64,000 nucleotides of DNA from Camelus ferus (Eukaryota), in assembly GCF_009834535.1 (NCBI RefSeq), contig NC_045697.1:69566001-69630000 (forward strand), written 5' to 3'. A program made the position numbers and the translations under genes. Under the pieces are notes generated by a model that was not told the origin of the DNA, made no database searches, and saw only the letters and a list, made by a program, of their open reading frames with translations. Below are positions 1 through 11,535 of the stretch, piece after piece (within the stretch, counting starts at the first letter, position 1; each line of letters starts with the position of its first letter).

Positions 1-7
1 ACCTTAC

Positions 8-121
8 TGTCTCTAGCCAAAAGCGATCCAGGTCACTTCGTCTCTGCTGTTTGTTCAATGTAATTAGCCATCGTCCTCCTCGTTTGTTTTTCTCATCTTC
101 CCACATAGGCTCAATACCATC
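8..121 (-). CDS. EIF4E: EIF4E exon 5 (114 nt); the gene continues beyond the left edge of the window
   Basis: ttgtag|GATGGT...GAGACA|gtaagg; DGIEPMWEDEKNKRGGRWLITLNKQQRRSDLDRFWLET, containing cap-binding W102/E103. Confidence 0.98.
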
Positions 122-830
122 CTACAAGGTTAGGAGACAACACTGTTAGATTGTTACATTATTGTTACGTTAACTTAAGATATCATCACTGGAAACAGCA
201 AACCACAACGCTGTTAAGCTTTTTACTTTATTCCCACAAAACCATTACTGATGTAGTGGGGAAGAAAACACATGAGACTTAAAGCCAGAGGCATGGGATT
301 GCAGAATTAGATCCCTGACCTGAGCACTTATTAGCTATCAAACCTTGGGTTTCACTTAATTTGGAGGCTCCAAAACATTCTGAGTAACACCTCTGAGAAG
401 CTATATACATTTCTATACCTAGAAAATATATATAGGAATTATGCAATTTCAGAGAGCTAATGAATATACCACCCACTGCCACCTTACAAAACTCACTAAC
501 AAATATCTCAAGGACTCACATTACCTCAGGTTAAGAATTCCTGGCAAACTCTGAACTTCAGTCTACTTAAATAAATAAAGAATAGACTGCACTGTAGGAT
601 CAAAGCTCTCTCCAAATCAATCATACTATGTGCCCATCAAATAAGACTCTCAATTTTAATTGTTTATACAAAAATAGGGCAAAATATATTTATGCTAAAG
701 CCTGGTAACACTAATTTAATTATTCTCCAAGCATCAGAGCATTAACCATTGTTAAGTTTATGGCAAGATTTTTTAATGACTACCTGAATGGTTGAGTCTT
801 ACACTAAATACATGAAATTAACAAGCATAC

Positions 831-894
831 CTTAAAAAGTGAGTAGTCACAGCCAGGCATTAAATTACTAGACAACTGGATATGGTTGTACAGA
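831..894 (-). CDS. EIF4E: EIF4E exon 4 (64 nt)
   Basis: cctag|TCTGTAC...TTTTAAG|gtatgc; (A)LYNHIQLSSNLMPGCDYSLFK. Confidence 0.98.
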
Positions 895-1427
895 CTAGGT
901 AAAAGAAAAGGACAATTATAAACAGAATATGTAATGCAGAGTTTAGGTGCTTATATGTACATTCAGAGAATAAGATAAAAATAAGATAAAAGCTCATGTT
1001 TACTTTTTTTCTATGCAATCAAGCTCTGAAGTGGACCAAATAGATTTTAATAATAGTCAGCTTTAAGAATCAACATATGATGAGTTTAAAGAAAGTATTT
1101 TTAATAATTTTATTCTAATAAAAATATTTTGATGTATCAGTTAACTTAATACATACACATGAAAACACAAGAAACTGAGAATAAAGGTGTGAGGTGGCTT
1201 TAAGTAGATGAAAGAATTCGTGAGGCTCATGAGCAAATGTAACCACACAAAATAGAAAAAGTCAAGAGAAAGCAAGACAAACTTCCTGACTATAAGGATT
1301 GCATGATTGAAATAAACCAACATTATTATCCTTGAAAGTAACCAAGAGTAGAACAGACCAACGGTTCCCCACTTAACCACCACAGACCATTACCAATCAG
1401 CCAGCATAATAATCTTTTGGGGAACTT

Positions 1428-1429
<2 letters not shown>

Positions 1430-1462
<33 letters not shown>
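1430..1462. repeat. (CA)n microsatellite
   Basis: Uninterrupted AC dinucleotide run. Confidence 0.97.
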
Positions 1463-1464
<2 letters not shown>

Positions 1465-2975
1465 ATCCACCCAAGTTTCATACTCTTCTCCTTGGGATTT
1501 TAATTCCTTAAATATAGGGGGGAAGCATAGAATCTGTGTTTCTAAATTATTTCCCAAATAGCAATGTAACAGATTAACATTTAGGATGACTAGATTTCAC
1601 TAGCCTGAAAGGAGAAGGCTAGATCATAAGATCTCCTGACAGCAAAACTGTTACAAAACTGACAACAGAGTCAATGTCTCCAACATCAGATACAAAAGTG
1701 ATGATCTTAGCTATATGACTACAGACCATGAATGATGCTATTATCCTTAGTAAGATTCTCTTGGTGTAATTTTAAGCCAGTTTATGAATATTTCAAGCAG
1801 GGTTTTAAGAGTCTGGCATCCTTTGGATCACACTCCACAGTGTAAAAACTCAAATCCAATTTGGGTGAGACAGCATAGGTCTGTTGGGTTGTTTTTTTAA
1901 TGGTAACTCTTCCCAAACTACATTATCACTGACAGCTTCTACTAGGCAAAAGAGAGACCTGGATACGAACTAAAGAATTACCACCACCACTTTTATAAAA
2001 TTAATGGATAGTGTGGAAGTGACCTCCTTCAATGGCATTCAAGGTAGAAAAGATCAGTTTCTTTCTGCTGCCTCCTTTCTCCTTCATCATTCTGTAAGGT
2101 CTCTTAGTAAGTTTACATACAGTGTGTATAATGGCACTTTTATTAAACAGAATTTTAACATTATATACTGGATACATCCAAAATAAAAACCCTAACTGGT
2201 TGTTTACCACTAAATTTGCCCCCCAAAAGTGAGAAATTAAGAAGTGACTTAGATATTTATAGAAAGCTGGTGGATTTACCGCTAAATTATGGTGTAAAAA
2301 TCCACCAAGCTATGATATTGCTTACATACAACTAAAGTGTGGAGCCATGTTCTAATTAGACGCCTACTTAAAATCACAATTATGTAAACTGGTGAAAGCC
2401 AAACAACTTTTTAACTTTTTTCTAACTCTGAAACAAAATCTCAAAAATATTTCAACTATTTTTCTTGAAGTTGATCACAAAGTATATTGGTATTAATAAA
2501 CTATCATTGCAGATACTGTCACATTCTTTAACAAACCCTGAATTTTACGCAGTTCAGCCTTTGAAATCTCAGAATCCCTATCACAAGAAATCTAGATGTT
2601 ACACACTAAAAGGAATTTGCAGAAATAGAGATCTAACAAAGCTCTGGAGAATCCAAGTATGGGACAAATACATCTGAGCACCCAAGAAAGAGGATAAGCT
2701 CCAACAATTTGTCAAAACTTCTAAGGACAATAAAAATTCTCAATGAAGGATATCTCAGAACAAGGAAGAGAGAATAGGCAGAGCTGAACGATGACAAGAC
2801 AGAAGCTTTCAAAAACTGATGAGGAATAATCACCAGTTCAAACAGTTGTGAGAAGACAGATAAACAAAAAGGTGAATGTTAACTATTCACCTTACCCTTC
2901 ACTTTGTGGCTGAAACATAAAATGAAAAATTACAAAATGAATAAAACAATCATAAAATATAAAATGGTTACTTAC

Positions 2976-3071
2976 GCCCAAAAGTCTTCAACAGTATCAA
3001 ACTTAGAGATCAGCCGAAGGTTTGCTTGCCAAGTTTTGCTTTTATCATTTTTAAAAAACCAGAGTGCCCAT
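2976..3071 (-). CDS. EIF4E: EIF4E exon 3 (96 nt)
   Basis: tttttag|ATGGGC...TTTTGGGC|gtaagt; (R)WALWFFKNDKSKTWQANLRLISKFDTVEDFW(A), containing cap-stacking W56 and W73. Confidence 0.98.
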
Positions 3072-3109
3072 CTAAAAACAGAAAGTGTCATCAACAACAA
3101 CAAAAGGGT

Positions 3110-3560
3110 AGTTTTTCATCCATGCTAAAAGCAGCATTACTCAAAAAAGCCAAAGAGGGAAGTAACCCAAGTGTCCACTGACAGGTGAACAGATGAACAA
3201 AATTAACAAAATGTGGTGTAGAATATACAATGGAATACTAAAGAGCTCTAAAAAGATAAGAACGTGAAATAAGCCAACCAAAAAAGACAAATGCTGTATA
3301 ATTCCACTTATATGAGGTACCTAGAGTAGTCAGATTCAAAGAGAGAAAGTAGAATGGTGGTTGCCAGGGGCTAAAAGGGAAGGAGAATGGAGAGTTGTTG
3401 TTTAATAAGTATAGAGTATAAGTTTTCCTGCAAAATAAGAGTTCTGGAGACTGTTTGCACAACAACGTGGATATACTTAATACTACTGAATTATACATTC
3501 AAAAAATGGTTAGGATGGTAAATTTTATGTATGTGTTTCACCACAAGTGAAAATAAGTTA
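3110..3560 (+). mobile_element. Old L1 3' end (L1MB-like)
   Basis: aacccaagtgtccactgacag...attccacttatatgaggtacctagagtagtcagattca...ggtaaattttatgt, typical of an L1M 3'UTR. Confidence 0.8.
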
Positions 3561-4349
3561 ATTAAAATTTTATTTATAGTAGCAAATAATGAGTAATTTT
3601 CTCTATTTCTTTCATTTTAAAAGTATGGATTTTGTACCTACTATGTAACAGATTCTCTGCTATCCTTAAGAGATCCACTTAGGCTCATTCCACAAGGGAT
3701 TCAAAGAAATGTTGTAGAGAGACAATTATAGTGTTCTAAGTGCTATGACAAAGATAATTAAGCACAAGTTACCTAAAAAAATAAAGCAGGAACACTTAAC
3801 TGGAAAAGAAAGTAGGGAACAGGAAAGTTGAATTTACAGAAAAACAAGAGGAGAGAAATCAGAGTGCTAGGAAGGGGGGACCCAAACACACAAATGGGAA
3901 AAAAATAACAAAATAAAAGACCTGATTGAGTAATGCTACTACAGATATTCTAAAATAACATATTACTAGTTTCTATATATATATCTGTATACATTTTTGC
4001 TGAAAATAGATCTATTCTAATACTTTGAAGATAAACTCACGTCACATCAGTTACATTTAAATGTTATCCCAACGATTCATCTTCAGTAAAATTGTATTTT
4101 CTGAATTAAAGGGAATCTCATTTACCCATTGATAAAAATGTTGCCTGAAGACAGGTTTCCAAATGGACATATATTTCATAACTTCATGATTAATGCTTGT
4201 TAATCTCAGACATAAAAATGAGATGCATTTCAACACCTACTTAAAAAAAACTATAATCTATTTGCTAACCAATATCAGGGGAAAAAAAGCAAAGGCAGAA
4301 AAACTATTACACACCCACAGACAACGTCAAGAACTGTAATCTGTAACTC

Positions 4350-5120
4350 TAAAAATTGAGTCTTTCCTCAAAAAATTAAAAAAAGAACTACAATTTGACC
4401 CAGCAATTTCAGTTCTAGGCATTTACCTGAAGAAAACAAACATGAACTTTAAAAAATATATGCATCCCATGTTTACTGCAGATTTGCAGTAGCCAAGACA
4501 TAGAAGCAACCTAAATCTCCATCAAGAGATGAAAAAAGAAAATGTGGTATATATAGTCAATGGATTATTCAGCCATTAAAAAAAAAAGAAGGAAATCTTG
4601 CCATTTAGAACATGGATGGACTCTGAGGACTCCATGCTAAGTGAAATAAATCAGACAGTAGACAGGAAAAACAAATACCATATGATTTCAGTTATATGTG
4701 GAATCTTAAAACACAAAGCAAACAAACAAAAACAAAAACAAACAACCACTGCCTAAGCTCACTGATACAGATAACAGACTGGTGGTTCCCAGAGACACAG
4801 GGTTGGAAGAATGCATGAAAGGTGTCAAATGGTACAAACTTCCAGTTATAAAACAAAAAAAGTCATGAGGATGTGATGCACAACATGGTGACTATAGTTC
4901 ATAATACTGCACCATAAATTTCAAAGTTACTAAGAGACTAAATCCTAAAAATTCTCTTCACAAGAAAAAAAACTTATAAATCTATACTATGATGGATGTT
5001 AACTATACTTACTGTGGTGATCATTTCACAACATACAGAAATACTGAATCATTATGTTATATATCTGAAACTAATGTTATAACTCAATTATACTTCAATT
5101 TAAAATAATAAATAATAAAA
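4350..5120 (+). mobile_element. L1 ORF2 end and 3'UTR (L1MA9-like)
   Basis: gacccagcaatttc..., tgctaagtgaaataaatcagaca, A-rich tail near 5100. Confidence 0.85.
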
Positions 5121-5285
5121 TTTAATACAGTCTTTAAAAAAAAAACCACATTCAGCAATTAAACATATAAAGACTTATCCTAAGAAAGTAACTGGATGAC
5201 TAAGCAAAAGTTTGTACAAGAACGTTCCTAATTTTGGAAAATTTGGAAACATCTTATGTGCCTATCAGCAAGGGATTATTTAAGT

Positions 5286-6590
5286 CATAGTTCTCAAAAT
5301 CTGGTTTGCAGGCCCCTAGAGGACCCTAAGACTCTTTCAGGAGAGCTAGTAAGTAAAAACTATTTCATAATAATGCTAAGACATTATTTTAATTTTTCAC
5401 TGTGTTGCCATCTGCACTGATGATACAAAAGCAATGGCTAGTAAATCTACTAGTTTTGCAGGCAAGAATCATATAGTGGTATCAACTCATACTAGTAGTC
5501 ACTGTATCCTTTATTATTACCAACTCTTATAGTAATAACAATGTCCATTTCAGTTAATAATGCCATTGATGAAGCAGTAAAAATTATTGGTTTCATTAAA
5601 TTTCAATCTGTGTACATGTTTTTTCCCACACAAAAACACTTCTGCATACCAAAATACAATTCTTAGGCAACTGAATTATGAGATGAACCAGTCACTTTTT
5701 CATGGAACACCATTTTTACTTGGAAGAAAGGCTGATCAGATGGCTATCTCTCGAAAAATGAACAGAGTGAGACAGTTGTTAAAATTTGAGCTTTCAGGAG
5801 AAAACCAGAATTCTGGAAAGCCTGTACGTGTCACTGTGAGCTTGACAACTTATTAAAACTTAAAGACATTTCTGATGAGTTTAACACTAATATTAACGAA
5901 TGTTATTGTTTTGATACTATATAATGAAAAGTGCCAATATCTGGATGCTCTGCAAACTCACTGAACCAGTATTTTCCAAATGACCAGTGGTGTGCAAATT
6001 CATGCACGAGTGAAGAAGGATCCATTACAAACGTAAGATAGGCCAATGGATTTTAATGTAACAAAGTAGAAAAAGCTTAGATACGGTTTCAGATTCTACA
6101 CTACAACTAACCTATAAGAAACCTAGTATCAAGGAGATATCCATAATTCTTTTAAAAGGCTATTAAAAATTCTCCCTTTTCCAAAAAAAATTTAAAAAAA
6201 AAACTCCCTTTTCCAGCCATGTACCTGTGAGGACATATTTTATTCTTAGTTTCTTTGAAACAACTCATCTCCAAAGACTGAAATGCAGAAAGCAGCTATA
6301 AAAATCCAGCTGACTTCTTCTAAGTCAGACACTTGAAAGGATTTATAAAAATGCAAGAATACTATTCTTCCCACTAAGTATTTTTTATTTTGAATAAATT
6401 TTTTCATTAAAATATTTACATGAACAAGTTATGGGCTGTTTAAGTGAATATGTAATTTTACATTTTTTTAGGTTTACTTTCTAATGTAACAAATGGAAAT
6501 AAAAGTGTACATAATCAAAGCACTGTGGAATCCTCAGTAATTTTTAAGAATGTAAAGGGGTCATGAGATCAGAAAGTCTGAGAACTGCTG
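5286..6590. mobile_element. hAT-Charlie DNA transposon remnant (Charlie1-like)
   Basis: Terminal inverted repeats catagttctca / tgagaactgctg; degenerate 8-bp TSD atttaagt/gtttaaat. Confidence 0.8.
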
Positions 6591-8280
6591 GTTTAAATAA
6601 AATATCCATGCAAGAGACTACTATGCAGCTATTAAATAGGATAAATGAGTGAGTAAAGTTCTCCTAAGACTGACACGAAACCCAGAAACCATGGAGGAAA
6701 GTTGGAATTTGATTACATGAAAATCAAAAACCTCTTAAAAAAAAAATTCCATAAACAATGTTATAGGACAAATGATTCGGAAATGCATTTTCAACCTATT
6801 CCCCCTCCTTGGATGGGTTATCATCCCTAATATACAATGCTTGGAAATAGACTTGAAAAGAGAACCAAAAAGAAAATAATAGACAAAAGAACTGAACAGA
6901 CTGCCCACAGGTGAAAATAAAAATGATCAATACAATACAGAAAGTGTTTTGAAACTTCAAAGAAAGAAATGCAAATTTAAAACAAGACATTGTTTTCATA
7001 AATCAGACTAGGACCAATTCGACTGGCAATTAAAAGACTGTTCAACTTACTACTTTATTATAAAAATCCTCAGAATGGATTTTTATCCTTTATGGACTAT
7101 TTGACCATTGATATCTCACTATGTGGCAATAATCCCCATTGTCTAGAGAACTGGTTTGTTCCTCACTGGAGGACAGGCTGAACCTCAGGTCTCCTAAGAA
7201 AACACTACTAAAACGTGACTGGACTATTTTATTTCAGTAGGTCTATCATGATAATGAAGAAATGATGACAACATATTTAGATGAATGCAACTAAATCATA
7301 GACAGGCTTGTGGGATCTTTAAAGTAAAGAGTAAAAGGCCCAGGACTGAGGGAATGAAAGGAATCAAAATACTTAAAGATCCTCAGAAGTTAATTCCAGT
7401 TTACTTTCCTCCACATTCTTACAATGTTTCTAGTTTGCCATTTTCTTCCCACCATCAGCTCTCAGTGAATTCATGTTAATCTTCATTATATAAACCAGAA
7501 AGACAATTAAGTAAAAATACAAACATACTGGGAAGTGATAGGGCAGAGTTAGGAAAAACCATATACTAAACTATTAAACTATTACACTATAAGTATGAAA
7601 ACTTAACTCATCTTAACTCTCCTATTCTAACTTACCTTTAAATACAAACCAACCAGCCTCCAGACTCCACATCCCATAGCTCTCTTTTCTCCTTCACAGA
7701 CCAACTTCAAATTGCCTATTCCTGCTCTATTCGTTTGTTTACTTTCTATTCAAAGTCTCAAATCTATCATCTACCCTACAAACTTTCTCCTATGTTAGCA
7801 AGAACTCGTCATTCAATCAATCCAATGAATATTCGACCTTTTTGTGACACATATACTGTTGACCATCTTGTCTTTAAAACATATCATTTTCTTGGTTTCC
7901 ATGACCAGCACTCTGTCCTAGTTTATATGTCTATACTTTTCATAGGCATTCTCCCTCAAAAAAAAACCCTATGTGCTAATATTCCAAGCCTCTGTCATGG
8001 GTCAAGTTCACTTATGAGAACTCATTTACTACTGCAATTTCAATTACCATCAATTACCATTACTGATGAATTTCAAACCAATCTTTCAAACATTTCTCCT
8101 TTCTGAGCTCAAGATTCACACACAAAAGCTGCTTGCTAGGCGTGGGTCATCCAAGTGAAAACAGAATCCTCAACCTAACATATCTAAAACTAGTCTCATC
8201 TAACCTTTCCCTCCAAACCTGTCCCATTCACCATTTACCTTGTTTCCTAAGTCAGAAAACCTATGTGTCAGAAAGCTTAC

Positions 8281-8387
8281 CTGTTCTGTAAAGGATGTTT
8301 AATATAGTGTTCTGGATTAGCAACCTCCTGATTAGATTCTGTTTTCTCTTCTTCTGTAGGTGGGGGATTAGGAGTAGGGGTGGTTTC
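8281..8387 (-). CDS. EIF4E: EIF4E exon 2 (107 nt)
   Basis: ttttccactag|GAAACC...AACAG|gtaagc; translates ETTPTPNPPPTEEEKTESNQEVANPEHYIKHPLQN(R), including the HPLQ motif. Confidence 0.98.
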
Positions 8388-9469
8388 CTAGTGGAAAATA
8401 ATTAAACATAAATTTCTTAACATGAAGAAATAACACTAAGAAATTTCTTAATTTCTACGACAATACTCTAAATTTGAACCAATATTGTCCATATTATTTT
8501 TTAAGGAGAAGAAATTACAGCAGAATCATTTGATAAAACGGAACACAGACCAAACACTAAGAAAAGCACCGGACTCTCCATTCTAGCATTTCTTCATCAA
8601 GAGCAAAGGGTTTCTCTAATTTAAAAATAATAATAATTTTATATATTGTTATCTTCCACTTACACATTTTAATATCAGAAAGATTGTTAGAGACAGTGCA
8701 ACAAAGTTTGGGAAAAATAGGTACCTTTCTTAACATACCATTAAAGACCGTGTATGGTACTGGCAGTGGGATGAGGGGGGCAGAAGAGTAAGAGTACAAC
8801 TAAAGTTTGGAGAGTATAAAGATTATATCACAATGACAAAAAAGCTTATAAAGTGATCAAGTCAATACTACACAGGTTCTTGCCTTCATGTCATACTGTT
8901 ATGACATATGGTAACTTAAAGTTCAGTATCTGCTGTCATTTTCAATTGGCCTTAAGCAAAAAAACTGAACACTGGCTTGAACATAAATCTTCTAGGAAAG
9001 ACATAATTAACACTGTCATCTAAAAATGTCAGGGAAAAAAAGGAGACTGGGAATAACATGTATTGTCCACATTACTCTATGTAGTTCTTCATCCTGTTAT
9101 AAACTGGTACAAACAAAAGAATAGCCAAGAAAAGGCACCAGAAGCTGAAACAAAAGCTGACACAAAAAAGGGGGGAGCATGCAACAAGGGTCTGTATATC
9201 AGATTTAAATCAAACCAGCAAAACAGTAGAGATATATATTCTCATTAACAAGATTATGTAAATCAGAGAAAGACCTCAGATAGGTGATACTCATTTTATA
9301 AAATAAAATACACTTTTTAAATCAATACGACCCCTCCAGAAACTACTTTTTACTAGCCTATAAACTCACTCAAGGCAGAGGTTTTATCTTGATTTTGCTC
9401 ACAACTGTAATGGCGATGATCACAATGCTACACCCAATAGGAACTTACTGGCTTGATTACTTAACTGAA

Positions 9470-9566
9470 GAGATTTACTTATTTTTTCACAGAGATACTG
9501 GGGACTGAACCCAGGACTTCAGGCATGCTAAGCATGTGCTCTACCATTGAGTTATACCCTCCCCAT
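9470..9566 (-). mobile_element. Camelid-type tRNA-derived SINE
   Basis: Reverse complement of ggggagggtataactcaatggtagagcacatgcttagcatgc...gggttca; TSD ttaactgaa. Confidence 0.9.
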
Positions 9567-9744
9567 TTAACTGAATAAGTTTAAACGTAGTTAAGGCCCT
9601 AAAATTTACATATAGTAGTCACTGCCTTAAAAAAAAAGCAATAATTTTAACCAGCATTTTCTCATCACAACAATTTAAATCTTCAAATAGATGATCATTA
9701 CCAAATATTATTCCTTACTCTACTAGCTTAAAATTAATATGGTC

Positions 9745-11260
9745 TCCAGACAGAGGCAGTTTGAATGGATAGAGAAAATAGGGAACAGTTAGGGACTGAC
9801 AAGGCAGATGGACTTTGGTGGACAGGGTACCAGGGCAGAGTGAGCTGCAGAGGAATTAGTGTCAAAAATCTATGTAAAAATCCTTCACAAATCCTTGGCT
9901 GATTCCTAAACTGTTATGTTTATAGTGCAACTCTGGGTGGCCTGGCAGAGAAGAGTTGAGCCAAGACTTCAGAGGTCAAACAGCATTAGGAAGAATGAGT
10001 TCAGACCTAGCTAGAGTGGATGGTTAAAAATCCTCAGCTTTCAGATGAAATCTTAGAAAGGCCATGTCCTAGGAATCAGGTGAAATACATGTGCTTAACA
10101 CATTTTAAAACTAATCCTTGACGGGATTAAAACAATCTACTTATAAATTAACTGTCTTCAAGAACCAAACTCTACACCCCTGAGAGGAACATAACATAAT
10201 CCTGAAGCTCTATGAATGTTATTTATAATACCTAGCAAACCATCAAACATTAGACATCCAAAAAAAATTTTTTAAGCAACTGTTGATCAAGAGATTAAAC
10301 TGTCAATAGAAAGACACTCAAACATGTTCCAGATAACAGAATTAGCAAAGTCTTAATAACTACGATTACTATGGTAAAATAGAAGGTGGGGAAAGATGGA
10401 GAAAATGGGAGTATTTGAAAGCAGTATTGAAATCAATTTTTTCAAAGAATCAAGTAGAAATGGAACTGCCAACTGCAATGTCTGAAATTAAGAGCTCATT
10501 GAATGAACAACACAGTGAACTCAGCAGAACACAGGACGGGTGAACTTGAAAGACAGGTCAATAAAAAATATTCAAACAAACACAGAGGGGGGAAATAGAT
10601 GGTAAGAAATGTGGAAGATGATTAAAAAAGTTAAAGAACAAGATGAGAAAGAATGGGACAGAAGCAATGCAGAAAGAAATAATAACCAAAACTTACCAAA
10701 TTACATCAGAAACTCAAGCCAGGTTCAAAAAGCTGAGGAAAATCCAAGCAGTATAAATACATACAGAACTACACCTGGGCCCATCAGACTCAAACTACTG
10801 AAAACTAAAGGCGGCAATATTAAAAGCAGTTAGGAAGGGGGAAAAAAACTACATATTATTTCACAAGAACAAGAACAGTAACTGCTAACTTCTCAATAGA
10901 AAATTATGGAAGCCATAAAACAACAGAACAACATCTTAGTGCTGAAAGAAAAAACTGTCGACTTAGAATTCAGTGCCTAAGAAAAATATCCTTTAGAAAT
11001 AGAGAAATAAAGACACACAGACAGACAGACACCACACGTGTAGACAGACAGACACGCACTCATACTCATACCAGAAAGGTCCAAAGTAAGAGGAACACCA
11101 TAGGAAACTCTCAGGCTAGAGGGAAAAAAAAAATCCCAGTTGGGAGCATGGAAGTGTAAAAAAGAAAGAAAAGCACTGGAAAAGGTAAATATGTAGATAA
11201 ATATATAAAAGACTATTAATTAACAATTTGAAGGAGCAATAATAATGATGCCTTTTGGAG
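9745..11260 (+). mobile_element. Degenerate old L1 5'/ORF1 region
   Basis: A-rich; ORF 10609-10833 retains ORF1-like QKAEENPSSINTYRTTPGPIRLKLLKTK. Confidence 0.7.
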
Positions 11261-11404
11261 TTTAAAATAATAATGATGGTTCTACCAAAGGGCTGGGCAT
11301 ATATGTGTATGTGAGGTTGGATGTGTGAGTAAAAGATACTCTTCCTCCCAAAGTTAATACTACAAATTCTTTTTTTTTTCCCACCTAAATTAAAAGACAA
11401 ATGA

Positions 11405-11535
11405 GGGGGGAGGGTGCAGCTCAGTGGCAGAGTGTGTGCTTAGCATGCACAGGGTCCTGGGTTCAATATTCTGTACCTCCATTGAAAATAAATAAGTAAA
11501 TAAACCTAATTATCTCCCCTCTGGAAAAAAAAAAA
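11405..11535 (+). mobile_element. Camelid-type tRNA-derived SINE
   Basis: A/B-box head gcagctcagtggcagag...gggttcaat, A tail, TSD aaaagacaaatga. Confidence 0.93.

Noticed and set aside
7600..8260. 123-aa ORF at 7735-8106
   Set aside because: Lies in a degenerate L2-like pyrimidine-rich remnant; no recognisable protein.
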